DNA of 50,023 nucleotides from an uncultured Tissierella sp. Lineage in GTDB: Bacteria; Bacillota; Clostridia; Tissierellales; Tissierellaceae. Shown piece after piece: positions 29,126 to 39,667 of the stretch. The notes beneath the pieces are model-generated. The model was not told where the DNA came from, made no database searches, and saw nothing but the letters and a program-made list of their open reading frames with translations. A program made the position numbers and the translations under genes. Every line of letters begins with the position of its first letter. The first letter of the stretch is position 1. The DNA lies in NCBI GenBank assembly GCA_964540195.1, contig CAZIMA010000001.1, positions 1 to 50,023 of the forward strand, read 5' to 3'.

Positions 29126-30235
29126 GTGAAATTTTTACTGTCGGGGGGAGGTACAGGAGGCCATATATATCCTGCCCTTGCCATAGCCAATGAAATTAAG
29201 AATAAATATAAGGATGCCCAAATCCTATTTGTAGGTACCCAAAAAGGTTTGGAAGCCGAGTTGGTCCCTAAGGGAGGCTACGATTTTAAAACCATCAGGG
29301 TGAGTGGTATGCCCCGAAGATTAAATAAGGAATCCTTTATAGCAGTCAGAGAGCTTTTACATGGCCTTATGGAATCCAAGAGGATAATAGAAGAGTTCAA
29401 GCCTGATGCAGTAATAGGTACGGGAGGATATGTCAGCGGACCTGTAGTATTTATGGCAAAGAGGAAAAATATACCCGTATTGATCCACGAACAAAATGCC
29501 TTTCCCGGAATTACTAATAAAATCTTAGGAGCTCAAGCAGATAAAATAGCAGTAACATTTGATGAGGCTAGAAAGTATTTCAAAAACCCTGAAAGGGTTG
29601 TAAAGACGGGAAATCCCATAAGAAAACAAATACTTGAAGTCAATAAGCCTATAGCATATAATAAGTTAAATATAAATCCATCTAAGCCATTTATTTTATC
29701 CTTTGGAGGTAGTGGGGGCCAAAAGAAATTAAATGATGCCTTCTTTCAAATCATAAAGAATTATAGGCCGGAAGACAATTTCCAGCTTATCCATGTAACC
29801 GGGACTAGGATGTATGATGATTTTATGGCTAGGGTTCATAAGGAAAACCTGGATGTAGATGAAAATATTAAAATTATGCCATACTTTTATGATATGCCTG
29901 AGGCCTTAAATATTGCTGATTTAATAGTGACAAGTGCCGGCGCCATAACCCTAGCCGAAATATCCGCTGTGGGGGTTCCAAGTATCCTAATACCTAAGGC
30001 CTATACTGCTGAAAACCATCAAGAGTATAATGCAAGGGTCTTTGAAGAACACAAGGCTGCCCTTCTTATATTAGAAAAGGACTTAAGTTGGGAACTCTTA
30101 TATAAGAATATAAGGGACCTTATTGGGGATCGGGAAGGCTTGAAAAAAATGTCGGATAATTGTAGAAAATTAGGCGATATTCATGCAAGTAGGAAGATTT
30201 TAGAAGAAATCGAAGAACTTCTTGAAAAAAAGTAA
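29126..30235 (+). CDS. murG: undecaprenyl-PP-MurNAc-pentapeptide GlcNAc transferase
   Basis: GGGTGGHIYP, HEQN, GNP, GGSGG, NHQEYNA. Confidence 0.97.
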   Translation: MKFLLSGGGTGGHIYPALAIANEIKNKYKDAQILFVGTQKGLEAELVPKGGYDFKTIRVSGMPRRLNKESFIAVRELLHGLMESKRIIEEFKPDAVIGTGGYVSGPVVFMAKRKNIPVLIHEQNAFPGITNKILGAQADKIAVTFDEARKYFKNPERVVKTGNPIRKQILEVNKPIAYNKLNINPSKPFILSFGGSGGQKKLNDAFFQIIKNYRPEDNFQLIHVTGTRMYDDFMARVHKENLDVDENIKIMPYFYDMPEALNIADLIVTSAGAITLAEISAVGVPSILIPKAYTAENHQEYNARVFEEHKAALLILEKDLSWELLYKNIRDLIGDREGLKKMSDNCRKLGDIHASRKILEEIEELLEKK

Positions 30236-30288
30236 CCCCGGAATTTTCATTGCATACTATATTCATATAGTGCAATGGAGGTGGGTGA

Positions 30289-31542
30289 ATGGAAAAGTAT
30301 ATTATCGATGGAGGACATAGGCTCTCTGGTGAAATAAACATACAGGGGGCAAAGAATGCAGTATTGCCGGTATTGGCAGCTTCTGTAATCTCCGGCGACA
30401 CAAGTACCATAACTAATATTCCCAAGCTTCGAGATGTGGATATAATGATAAAAATTCTTGATTCAATAGGAGCCAAAACTCATGTAGAGGGGAATAGGGT
30501 AACCATAGATTCATCTACTATAGATAAGGTTCAAGTACCGGAAGAACTGGTAAGGGAGATGAGATCATCTATTATCATTATGGGAGCCTTGTTGGCCAGG
30601 TTTGGGGAAGCAAAATTGGCATTTCCCGGTGGTTGTGAAATAGGCTTGCGTCCCATAGACCTACATCTTAAGGGCTTGAGACAAATGGGGGCCGTCATCG
30701 AAGAGGCTCATGGCTTCTTGGATTGCAAGGCCAAAGGTCTTAAAGGTTGTGAAATTCAATTGGACTATCCATCCGTGGGAGCTACTGAAAACATCATGTT
30801 AGCAGCAGTGACTGCCCAAGGTACTACTACCATCTCAAATGCAGCTAGGGAGCCGGAACTAATCGATTTGCAGAATTACTTAAACAAGGCCGGTGCCAAA
30901 GTAAAAGGTGCGGGAAGCAATATTATTACCATCGAAGGGGTTAAAAAATTAAGAACTTGTGAACATAGGATTATACCTGATAGAATAGTGGCAGGAACCT
31001 ATATGACTGCTGCAACCATAACCGGGGGAGAGCTGTTTCTTAAGAACATAGTAACAGACCATATTTTAAGTATTATAGCCAAGCTTAAGGAAGCCGGTGC
31101 CATAATATATGCTAACGGCAATTCATTAAAGATCATAGGACCCAATAGACCATCTGCCATTGAGATGTTACAAACCCTTCCTTATCCGGGATTTCCTACG
31201 GATATGCAAGCTCAGATAATGGCATTATTAACCGTTGCAAATGGTACCAGCGTTATTAATGAAACTATTTTTGAAAATAGGTTTAAGCAAGCAGAAGAGC
31301 TACATCGGATGGGGGCTAATATCAAGACCTTTGGTAAAGTTGCTGTAATCAAGGGTGTAAAAGAGCTTACAGGGGCTAAGGTAAGTGCTAAGGATTTAAG
31401 AGGTGGTGCTTCTCTTGTGCTGGCAGGGTTGGTAGCCCAAGGGACTACTGAAATTTGCAATATCTATCATATCGATCGGGGATATGATAATATGATGGAA
31501 ATCCTCAAAAGCCTGGGAGCCCACATCCGGATAGAGAAGTAG
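30289..31542 (+). CDS. murA: UDP-GlcNAc 1-carboxyvinyltransferase
   Basis: GAKNA, PGGCEIGLRP (active-site Cys), SVGATEN, PGFPTDMQ, HIDRGY. Confidence 0.96.
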   Translation: MEKYIIDGGHRLSGEINIQGAKNAVLPVLAASVISGDTSTITNIPKLRDVDIMIKILDSIGAKTHVEGNRVTIDSSTIDKVQVPEELVREMRSSIIIMGALLARFGEAKLAFPGGCEIGLRPIDLHLKGLRQMGAVIEEAHGFLDCKAKGLKGCEIQLDYPSVGATENIMLAAVTAQGTTTISNAAREPELIDLQNYLNKAGAKVKGAGSNIITIEGVKKLRTCEHRIIPDRIVAGTYMTAATITGGELFLKNIVTDHILSIIAKLKEAGAIIYANGNSLKIIGPNRPSAIEMLQTLPYPGFPTDMQAQIMALLTVANGTSVINETIFENRFKQAEELHRMGANIKTFGKVAVIKGVKELTGAKVSAKDLRGGASLVLAGLVAQGTTEICNIYHIDRGYDNMMEILKSLGAHIRIEK

Positions 31543-31589
31543 CAGCTTTTGCTGCTACTAATTTGTTGGACAAGTATAGAGGTGATAAG

Positions 31590-32342
31590 ATGAAGAAGAT
31601 GACAAGGGTTGAAAGAAAAAGACTGAGACGAAAAATTATATTTAGACTGATTTTAATGCTTACTCTTATAACCATTCTATTAGCCTATGCTTTTAGGTCC
31701 GATTTCTTTAATATAGATAAAATTATTGTGGAAGGAAATAATATATTATCTGGTGAAACTATTATTGCTGGCTCGGGAGTAACTTTAGGTGAAAACCTAC
31801 TAAAGATAAGCTCCAAAGATGCAGAAAAATCCTTAGAAAGCTTACCCTATATAAAGGTATCTCAAGTAAAACATAAGCTTCCCAACAAGATAAGTATATG
31901 GGTTGAAGAAAGGGTGCCGGTTTTGCAAATAAAGTCACTAGCCACCTATATGCTAATAGATAAGGAAGGCTACGTTTTAGAAATACAAGATACCATCTCT
32001 GAAACCCTTCCAACAATAGTTGGTTACAATATTTCAGCTAAGAAGCCGGGAGAAAATATAAAAGATGATGGAATGGGAATTAAATTAGAGGATTTTTTTA
32101 CGAAAGATGATATAATTAATATAAGCAAGAAGATCAATACCATAAATTTCGACTTAGACCAAGAGATCAATATGGATTTAAATAATGGTATAGGTGTTGC
32201 CTTTGGACGACTAGATAATGTAGAATATAAATTAAGATTATTAGATAGAATCTTAATGGATATTGAGAACAGACAGCTAAAGTGCAAGATAATCATTATG
32301 AACAAGGGGGAAAACCCTATATTGGTACTTGATAATGAATAG
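31590..32342 (+). CDS. ftsQ: cell division protein FtsQ/DivIB
   Basis: Basic N-terminus, one TM, POTRA-like segment (I.VEGN..LP..I.I.VEER). Confidence 0.85.
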   Translation: MKKMTRVERKRLRRKIIFRLILMLTLITILLAYAFRSDFFNIDKIIVEGNNILSGETIIAGSGVTLGENLLKISSKDAEKSLESLPYIKVSQVKHKLPNKISIWVEERVPVLQIKSLATYMLIDKEGYVLEIQDTISETLPTIVGYNISAKKPGENIKDDGMGIKLEDFFTKDDIINISKKINTINFDLDQEINMDLNNGIGVAFGRLDNVEYKLRLLDRILMDIENRQLKCKIIIMNKGENPILVLDNE

Positions 32343-32351
32343 AGGGATAGA

Positions 32352-33080
32352 ATGAAGAAAAAAGGAAATTATATGGCCATAGTAGTTTTATCTGTCTTCT
32401 TAGGATTGATATTATCAATTCAGTTTAAAACAATAGCTAAATCCGTAGGCGAAGGAATATTACCTACACAAAGAGCGCAACAACTGGCCCTGGAGCTAAA
32501 GAAGGCCCAGGCCGATAGGGATGCTCAAGCCAATCGGATTGAGGAGTTGGAAACTAAGATTGAGCAATATGAAAAGGGTGGAGTAGAAAACGACCTATAT
32601 GCTGAAAATTTATATAAGGATACAATGAAATATAGGATTTTGGCTGGCTACGTAGACTTAGTAGGACCCGGTATAATCCTGGAGATAAATGACCCACCTG
32701 TAGATGTCCAATATGGAGAAGGCTACAGCATAGTGGATGAATTGGACCTAATACTCCAAGTAATAAGCGTTTTAAACGCAGCAGAGGCAGAAGCAATATC
32801 AATAAACGATTTGAGATATACGTCCTTTACTGAAATAGTAAGGGCCGGTAATCATATAGTAATAAACGGAGTCCCGGTAAACTCACCTATAATCATTAAA
32901 GCCATAGGTAATTCGGACACTCTTGAATCTGCCCTAGCAATAAAGAGGGGCATAGTATGGCAACTTAGAAACTACGATTATATAGTGCATTTGACTCAGG
33001 ATAAGAATGTTTCCATCCCCAAGTACAGAAAGGTTAAGGAATTTATATATTCAAGCCCTGTAGAGGAAATGGTGAATTAA
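32352..33080 (+). CDS. DUF881 family protein (YlxW/YlxX-like)
   Basis: AG...GPGI, GEGYSIVD, AEAEAISIN, IKAIG. Confidence 0.88.
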   Translation: MKKKGNYMAIVVLSVFLGLILSIQFKTIAKSVGEGILPTQRAQQLALELKKAQADRDAQANRIEELETKIEQYEKGGVENDLYAENLYKDTMKYRILAGYVDLVGPGIILEINDPPVDVQYGEGYSIVDELDLILQVISVLNAAEAEAISINDLRYTSFTEIVRAGNHIVINGVPVNSPIIIKAIGNSDTLESALAIKRGIVWQLRNYDYIVHLTQDKNVSIPKYRKVKEFIYSSPVEEMVN

Positions 33081-33081
33081 A

Positions 33082-33807
33082 ATGAAAGATAGAAATCCCA
33101 AAATCATCTTAGGATTATTTAGTATCATCGTTGGTATCCTTATTTCAACTCAGATGAAGATGAAAGTAGAATCCATAGCTCCGGTTACTGTTAAATCCCT
33201 CCAAACCACTAAAGATGAAATCACATTTCTAAAAAATCAAATCTTTGAAATGGAGAATCTTGTTAAGCAAAAGGAAGAGGAGCTGGAAAACATAAGGAAT
33301 ATTTACGAGGGGGAGGAGGATATGGTAGACCTCCTTACAGAAAACCTTCAAGTAAATATGGCCAGTTCCGGTCGAACGGCCTTAAAGGGTCCGGGTATCA
33401 AGATTACTATGTATGACAATATGTCTACGGAAATAGTAGGCTTTGACATAAATGATGATGTAATACATGATGTAGATATATTAAATATATTAAATGATTT
33501 GAAAATAGCCGGTGCTGAAGCAATCAGCATCAACAACCAAAGGGTAGTAGCCACATCTGAGATAATATGTGGTGGTCCCATTATTAGAATCAATGGCAAG
33601 AGCATTGGAACTCCCTTTGTTATCAAGGCCATTGGAGATCCAAAACAACTGATGGCATCAGTAAACGCACCTGGTACGTATGGGGACTTATTAAAATCCG
33701 TTTACCAAATAGGATTTGAACCTGAAATGAAGGATAGTGTAACTATTCCTGAATATAGGGGGAATTTTAACTTTACCTATGCAAAACCAGTAGGAGAGGG
33801 TGAGTAA
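33082..33807 (+). CDS. DUF881 family protein (YlxW/YlxX-like)
   Basis: GPGI, IHDVDI, AGAEAISINNQR, PFVIKAIGDP. Confidence 0.9.
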   Translation: MKDRNPKIILGLFSIIVGILISTQMKMKVESIAPVTVKSLQTTKDEITFLKNQIFEMENLVKQKEEELENIRNIYEGEEDMVDLLTENLQVNMASSGRTALKGPGIKITMYDNMSTEIVGFDINDDVIHDVDILNILNDLKIAGAEAISINNQRVVATSEIICGGPIIRINGKSIGTPFVIKAIGDPKQLMASVNAPGTYGDLLKSVYQIGFEPEMKDSVTIPEYRGNFNFTYAKPVGEGE

Positions 33808-34155
33808 ATGATTTTTGCACTTATAGGAATATTAATAGGTGCAGTAATTGGGTTTTTGTTACCATATACCTACAATACTGCTTATTCCCTATATATATCT
33901 GTAGCAATCTTAGCCTGTTTAGACTCTGTATTCGGAGGTATAAGGGCTAATCTAGAACAAAATTTTAGTATGAAGATATTCGTTTCAGGATTCTTTGGAA
34001 ATGCTTTGCTTGCAGCTTTTTTAGCTTATATAGGAGATAGATTAGGAGTACCACTTTATTATGCAGCCATTTTTACCTTTGGTAGCAGGTTGTTTGACAA
34101 CTTTGCGGCTATCAGAAGAATATGGTTAAACAAGATAGAAAATGCAAAATTATGA
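33808..34155 (+). CDS. sbp: small basic protein (DUF1290)
   Basis: YISVAILACLDSVFGG, FVSGFFGN, GDRLGVPLY. Confidence 0.9.
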   Translation: MIFALIGILIGAVIGFLLPYTYNTAYSLYISVAILACLDSVFGGIRANLEQNFSMKIFVSGFFGNALLAAFLAYIGDRLGVPLYYAAIFTFGSRLFDNFAAIRRIWLNKIENAKL

Positions 34156-34216
34156 TGAGCACAGAAATTTAAACCAGAATAGCGAAAAAGAACTTAAGGA
34201 TAAGGGGGAGTTTTAA

Positions 34217-35302
34217 ATGTTTGATTTTGATATCGATGTAGATCAATTTGCAAAGATTAAGGTAGTAGGTGTAGGTGGGGGAGGAAATAATGCAGTAAAT
34301 AGAATGGTTGAAGAGGGAGTTAGGGGAATAGAATTTATAGCACTGAATACGGACAAGCAAGCCCTATATTCCTCAAGAGCAGAGACTAAATTGCAATTAG
34401 GCGAAAAGATCACTAAAGGACTTGGAGCAGGGGCAAATCCTGAAATCGGTTGTCAAGCAGCCCAAGAAAATAGAAATGAAATAGCTGAAGCCCTTAAGGG
34501 TGCAGATATGGTATTTATTACTGCCGGTATGGGTGGTGGAACCGGTACAGGGGCAGCACCTGTAGTAGCTGAGGTGGCAAGAGAGCTTGGTATCCTTACA
34601 GTAGGAGTGGTTACAAAGCCATTTACCTTTGAGGGAAGAAAAAGACTGGTTAGGGCTGAACAGGGAGTTGCTGACCTTAAGGAAAAAGTAGATACACTGG
34701 TTACAATACCTAATGATAGATTATTACAAATTGCAGATAAAAAGACCACAATGCCTCAAGCATTTATGATGGCCGATGAAGTACTTAAACATGGTATCCA
34801 AGGTATATCCGATTTAATATCCGTACCTAACCTAATCAACCTTGACTTTGCCGATGTTAAAACCATTATGTTAAACAAGGGCATAGCCCATATGGGAATT
34901 GGACATGGTACGGGGGATAATAGGGCAACTGAAGCGGCTAAGGCTGCTATCCAAAGTCCCCTTTTAGAAACTTCAATCGAAGGAGCTAAATCAGTCCTAT
35001 TAAATATAACAGGTGGTACAGATCTTGGAATCTTCGAAGTAAACGAAGCAGCTGAATTAATCAGACAAGCAGTTGACCAAGATGCAAATATTATCTTTGG
35101 AGCGGGAATAGATGAAAGTCTTGGAGAGTCTATAAAAATAACTGTTATAGCAACCGGATTTGAAGAAAAACCTGCAGAAAGAGTAAGTAAAATCATTAAA
35201 GAAAATCTAAATAAGAGTGAAGAAGGAAGTAGTATACATACTGAGGACGACCTTGGTGATTTAGATATTCCCATGTTTTTAAGAAGAAGAGAAAGAAAGT
35301 AA
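34217..35302 (+). CDS. ftsZ: cell division protein FtsZ
   Basis: [24 protein letters not shown]-terminal LDIPMFLR. Confidence 0.99.
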   Translation: MFDFDIDVDQFAKIKVVGVGGGGNNAVNRMVEEGVRGIEFIALNTDKQALYSSRAETKLQLGEKITKGLGAGANPEIGCQAAQENRNEIAEALKGADMVFITAGMGGGTGTGAAPVVAEVARELGILTVGVVTKPFTFEGRKRLVRAEQGVADLKEKVDTLVTIPNDRLLQIADKKTTMPQAFMMADEVLKHGIQGISDLISVPNLINLDFADVKTIMLNKGIAHMGIGHGTGDNRATEAAKAAIQSPLLETSIEGAKSVLLNITGGTDLGIFEVNEAAELIRQAVDQDANIIFGAGIDESLGESIKITVIATGFEEKPAERVSKIIKENLNKSEEGSSIHTEDDLGDLDIPMFLRRRERK

Positions 35303-35318
35303 CCATAAAACTATGTTG

Positions 35319-35353
35319 AAAAGCGTATCTTATTGTAAAGATACGTTTTTTTT
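35319..35353 (+). terminator. intrinsic terminator after ftsZ
   Basis: AAAAGCGTATCTT..AAGATACGTTTTTTTT. Confidence 0.75.
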
Positions 35354-35363
35354 ATTTCCTTTA

Positions 35364-35398
35364 AATCGACAAGTTTTTTCAAGGGATTAATCTATAAT
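35364..35398 (+). promoter_or_regulatory. Spo0A-activated spoIIG-type SigA promoter
   Basis: TCGACA-N21-TATAAT over-long spacer; minus strand TGTCGAT is a near-0A box overlapping the -35, as at B. subtilis PspoIIG. Confidence 0.65.
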
Positions 35399-35432
35399 GG
35401 GCTTATGTAAAAATAAGAAGGGTGTGAGGCCA

Positions 35433-36356
35433 ATGTACATAGTAGCAGAATATCTCCTGTTGGAAAATTTTCTGGTAAACTACTTAATACTTTATATAAA
35501 CACCCATCTACTAAAGATTAGTAGGAGGAACCTAAGGTTAATAGGGGGAGCATTTATAGCATCACTTTATTCATTAATATATTTTTACCCACTGGTCCAT
35601 ATTTTAATGGGAATATTGCCTAAGACAATCTTCTCCATCCTAATAATACTAATAGCCTATGAATTTACTAATATAAAGACCTTTATAAAGAGTCTACTGG
35701 GCTTTTATCTAGTAACCTTCTTATATGGGGGAGCTAGTTTGGCCTTCTTTTATTCTTCTAAGGATATAATTGAGAGGATACATACTCCCATAGATGGCCT
35801 GGGAGGCTTTCCCCTTAAGTATTTAATCCTGGGAGCCATAGTAAGTACGGTAATGGGCAAGTCTATCTTTACATATTTCAATGAAAAAAAAGTCAGAGAA
35901 AATTATATTATAGATGTAACAATAGTTATTAAAGGAAAGGCAGTGGAATTAAAGGCCCTCCTTGATACAGGCCACTCCCTAAGGGACCCTTTTACAGGTA
36001 AGAGTGTATTCGTTGTAGAATATAGGGCCTTAAAATCCTTTTTACCGGGAGGCCTTGAAGGCCTAATAAAGGCAAATGAAGAGGGTAATTTCCTAGAAAT
36101 GGAATGCCTATTAAATCAATTAAAGGAGGACCTAACCCTGACCCTGGTCCCTTTTAACTCCCTGGGCAAAAGCGGAATCCTATTTGCCTTTAAACCTGAT
36201 AAGCTGATAATTCAAGATTCAAGTGGACCATATAAGAGGGAGGATATGTTAGTAGGCCTATATGGAGGGTCCTTATCAAAGGAAATGGGATATAGGGGCT
36301 TGCTAAATTATGAATTCATAAATGGAGGAATAGCCAATGAACAGACTGATATTTAG
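35433..36356 (+). CDS. spoIIGA: pro-sigmaE processing aspartic protease SpoIIGA
   Basis: N-terminal TMs, [12 protein letters not shown]; upstream of sigE. Confidence 0.92.
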   Translation: MYIVAEYLLLENFLVNYLILYINTHLLKISRRNLRLIGGAFIASLYSLIYFYPLVHILMGILPKTIFSILIILIAYEFTNIKTFIKSLLGFYLVTFLYGGASLAFFYSSKDIIERIHTPIDGLGGFPLKYLILGAIVSTVMGKSIFTYFNEKKVRENYIIDVTIVIKGKAVELKALLDTGHSLRDPFTGKSVFVVEYRALKSFLPGGLEGLIKANEEGNFLEMECLLNQLKEDLTLTLVPFNSLGKSGILFAFKPDKLIIQDSSGPYKREDMLVGLYGGSLSKEMGYRGLLNYEFINGGIANEQTDI

Positions 36357-37050
36357 AATTAAATTGATAATCTACAAATTTATGAGGAAGTTTCATATAC
36401 AGGAAAGGGTTGACTATATCGGGTCTGGTGAATCTCTGCCTCCCCCTTTAAAAGCAGATGAAGAGGAGTATTACCTAAGCAATTTAAAGGGGGATGACTC
36501 CATAAAGTCCATCCTAATAGAGAGAAACCTTCGCTTAGTAGTATATATAGCCAGGAAGTTTGAAAATACCAAGATATCCATAGAAGACTTAATATCCATA
36601 GGTACTATCGGACTGATTAAGGCAGTAAATACCTTTGATCCTGATAAGAAGATAAAACTTGCTACATATGCATCAAAGTGTATAGAAAATGAAATCCTTA
36701 TGTACTTAAGGAAGACCAGTAAAACTAGGAATGAAATATCCTTCGACGAACCTCTTAATACGGACTGGGATGGGAATGAATTACTCCTATCGGATATATT
36801 GGGAACTGAGGGGGATATTATATTTAAATATATAGAAGAAGAGGTAGATAAAAGTCTATTAAACGGAGCTATAGATAAACTATCCAATAGGGAAAAGACC
36901 ATAGTGGAATTAAGGTTTGGACTTAAAAGCGGTATGGAAAAAACCCAAAAAGAGGTGGCAGACCTGCTGGGCATATCCCAATCCTACATTTCCAGATTGG
37001 AGAAGAGGATTATAAAGAGGTTAAAAAAGGATATCGGAAAACTAATTTAA
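36337..37050 (+). CDS. sigE: RNA polymerase sporulation sigma factor SigE (pro-form)
   Basis: Pro-sequence, [48 protein letters not shown]. Confidence 0.97.
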   Translation: MNRLIFRIKLIIYKFMRKFHIQERVDYIGSGESLPPPLKADEEEYYLSNLKGDDSIKSILIERNLRLVVYIARKFENTKISIEDLISIGTIGLIKAVNTFDPDKKIKLATYASKCIENEILMYLRKTSKTRNEISFDEPLNTDWDGNELLLSDILGTEGDIIFKYIEEEVDKSLLNGAIDKLSNREKTIVELRFGLKSGMEKTQKEVADLLGISQSYISRLEKRIIKRLKKDIGKLI

Positions 37051-37122
37051 AAATTAATCAAAATAGAGAACGTTTTTTGTTCTCTTATTTTTTTTAAGGT
37101 TTTTCTATTTATCTTGTCCACA

Positions 37123-37151
37123 GTATAAAAAGCTCATTAGAGGAAATAATT
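37123..37151 (+). promoter_or_regulatory. SigF/SigG promoter of sigG
   Basis: GTATA-N14-GGAAATAATT, same layout as B. subtilis PsigG. Confidence 0.7.
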
Positions 37152-37190
37152 TTACTAAAGGGGAGTTCTTTATGAAAGGATGAATTAAAG

Positions 37191-37964
37191 ATGCACATAA
37201 CAAAGGTTGAAATTTGCGGTGTTAATACTTCAAAACTACCTGTTTTAACTAACGAGGAGATGCAGAAATTATTTGTTAAGATTAAAGCCGGAGATTTATC
37301 AGCTAGGGAAACCTTCATAAGTGGAAATTTAAGATTGGTCTTAAGTATTATACAAAGATTTAATAGAAGGGGAGAGCCGGCTGATGACTTGTTTCAAGTG
37401 GGTTGTATAGGCCTTATAAAGGCTATAGATAATTTCGATCTTAGTCAAAACGTTAGATTTTCAACCTATGCTGTGCCGATGATAATAGGGGAAATAAGAC
37501 GGTATCTTAGGGACAACAACTCCATCAGAGTATCCAGGTCCTTAAGGGATACGGCTTATAAGGCCTTACAAGCAAGAGAAGCACTCATAAATAAATACTC
37601 AAAGGAGCCTACAATAAATGAAATAGCAGACCTACTAGGCATATGCAAGGAGGATGTAGTTTTTGCAATGGAAGCAATTCAAGAGCCCATATCCCTATTT
37701 GAGCCCATTTATCATGATAGTGGAGATGCAATCTTTGTAATGGACCAGGTTAGGGATGAAAAGGAAGAAGACGAACTATGGCTTAGGGATATTACCCTTA
37801 AGGAAGCCATGAAGAAGTTAAATACTAGGGAAAAGGAGATCCTGAATTTAAGGTTTTTCGAAGGCAAGACCCAGATGGAAGTAGCAGATGAAATAGGGAT
37901 ATCCCAAGCCCAAGTTTCTCGCCTAGAAAAAAATGCCCTTAGGCAGATGAGAAAGTATGTCTAA
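37191..37964 (+). CDS. sigG: RNA polymerase sporulation sigma factor SigG
   Basis: KVEICGVNTSKLP, GNLRLVLSIIQRF, DDLFQVGCIGL, SQAQVSRLEK. Confidence 0.98.
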   Translation: MHITKVEICGVNTSKLPVLTNEEMQKLFVKIKAGDLSARETFISGNLRLVLSIIQRFNRRGEPADDLFQVGCIGLIKAIDNFDLSQNVRFSTYAVPMIIGEIRRYLRDNNSIRVSRSLRDTAYKALQAREALINKYSKEPTINEIADLLGICKEDVVFAMEAIQEPISLFEPIYHDSGDAIFVMDQVRDEKEEDELWLRDITLKEAMKKLNTREKEILNLRFFEGKTQMEVADEIGISQAQVSRLEKNALRQMRKYV

Positions 37965-38065
37965 TCTTCTCACTAAATTAATGTAATATTATATAGAAAA
38001 AGAGTATATACCTTAATAAGGCAGATATTTGCTCTTTTAATATATTATATTAATGAGGTGGAACT

Positions 38066-38305
38066 ATGTTAAGAGTTTCTAATTTAAGGGATAAGGAAGT
38101 AATAAACCTATATAATGGACAGAGGTTAGGTTATATATCGGATTTTGAAATAGACTTAGAAAAAGGCTCATTAACAGGCTTTATCCTACCTGGAGAACAC
38201 AAGCTAATGAGCTTATTTTCCAAGCCTAGTGATATATTTATTCATTGGACTAAGATAGTTAAAATAGGCAGTGATACCATTTTAGTCAATCTAAAGGACG
38301 AATAA
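38066..38305 (+). CDS. ylmC: YlmC/YmxH family sporulation PRC-barrel protein
   Basis: KEVINL..G.RLG.I.D.EID, IHW..I.KIG.D.ILV; follows sigG. Confidence 0.9.
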   Translation: MLRVSNLRDKEVINLYNGQRLGYISDFEIDLEKGSLTGFILPGEHKLMSLFSKPSDIFIHWTKIVKIGSDTILVNLKDE

Positions 38306-38370
38306 CTAGGTGACTTAAGTTAAAACTTATATTATAATGAGGTTAAGATTAAGCAATTGGAGGGGTACAT

Positions 38371-38835
38371 ATGAAATGCCCATTCTGTGATTGTCTTGAG
38401 TCAAAGGTAGTAGACTCAAGACCTACTGATGAAGGACAGGCTATAAGAAGACGAAGAGAATGTATAAGCTGTAGTAAGCGATTTACCACCTACGAAAAGA
38501 TTGAGGAAATTCCCATTATAGTAGTAAAGAGGGATGGAAATAGGCAGACCTATGACAGGAACAAATTACTCAATGGTATAATAAAATCCTGTGAAAAAAG
38601 GCCTGTATCCATGAGTACCATCGAAGCCATAGTAGATGAAATAGAAAGAACCATCTCCAATTCCTTGGAAAAGGAGATCACCTCAGTTGAAATCGGTGAA
38701 ATGGTAATGAATAAGCTAAAGAATATTGATGAGGTCGCATATGTAAGATTTGCATCAGTATATAGGCAATTTAAAGATGTAAATTCCTTTATGGATGAAT
38801 TAAAGAAAATCCTAGATGAAGGCCACAATAATTGA
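38371..38835 (+). CDS. nrdR: transcriptional repressor NrdR
   Basis: MKCPFC, VVDSR, IRRRREC..C..RFTTYE, ATP cone, AYVRFASVY. Confidence 0.98.
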   Translation: MKCPFCDCLESKVVDSRPTDEGQAIRRRRECISCSKRFTTYEKIEEIPIIVVKRDGNRQTYDRNKLLNGIIKSCEKRPVSMSTIEAIVDEIERTISNSLEKEITSVEIGEMVMNKLKNIDEVAYVRFASVYRQFKDVNSFMDELKKILDEGHNN

Positions 38836-38857
38836 GATTTAGTAGGAGGGACCAAAA

Positions 38858-39616
38858 GTGAACGAAACCATAAAAAACCAACTAGCCCATAGGACCATAC
38901 GTGAGTTTACAGATGAAAGAATTCCAGAGAACCTATTCCAAACCCTACTGGAAGTAGGAAGAAGGACTGCCACTTCAACAGGTATGCAAGCCTCATCCAT
39001 AATCAGGATTACAGATAAGGACATAAGAAAAGAAATGGCAGGAATATGTAACCAGGAATATGTAGGGAGGGCACCGGAGCTCCTTGTCTTTATAGTAGAC
39101 CAATTTAGGAATAAGCAAATAGGAAATGAAAAAGGCTGCTTTGAAGGAAGTGGAGCCTATATAGATAGGTTTTTTTCCGGCTTTACAGATGCCTGCCTCA
39201 TGGCCCAAAATATAGTAAATGCAGCCGAATCCTTAGGCCTAGGTACAGTTTATCTTGGAAGCATATTAAATGACTCTAAGAAGATTTGTGACCTCCTCAA
39301 GTTACCTGAGATGACCTTCCCTGTAGTAGGACTGGGTATAGGCTATCCTAATCAAGACCCCCAAATAAAGCCTAAGATGGATATGAAATTTAGGGTCTTC
39401 GAAAACCAATATAAGGTATTGGATAATTACCTAGAGGAATTAGAAGACTATGATAGAGAGATGAACACCTATTACGATTTAAGGGATGCAAATAGGCGTG
39501 TAGACACCTTTAGTGACCAAGTAGTTACGGGTATTAAGAGTGTAAATCCAAAAAGGGCTAAAATGTTAAATATCATTAGGGACCAGGGATTTGATTTAAA
39601 GTTAGATCAAGAATAG
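38858..39616 (+). CDS. NADPH-dependent nitroreductase/flavin oxidoreductase (NfrA-like)
   Basis: HRTIREF, NQEYV, AQN...AAESLGLGTVYLG, GYP..P..KP. Confidence 0.85.
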   Translation: MNETIKNQLAHRTIREFTDERIPENLFQTLLEVGRRTATSTGMQASSIIRITDKDIRKEMAGICNQEYVGRAPELLVFIVDQFRNKQIGNEKGCFEGSGAYIDRFFSGFTDACLMAQNIVNAAESLGLGTVYLGSILNDSKKICDLLKLPEMTFPVVGLGIGYPNQDPQIKPKMDMKFRVFENQYKVLDNYLEELEDYDREMNTYYDLRDANRRVDTFSDQVVTGIKSVNPKRAKMLNIIRDQGFDLKLDQE

Positions 39617-39667
39617 TTTTTAAAAGAGGGGCCCTATATGGTACAATATCATCAGGTAGGTGATAGA

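Noticed and set aside
38858-39616. Nitroreductase between nrdR and rarA as a sign of horizontal insertion
   Set aside because: No flanking repeats or obvious compositional shift
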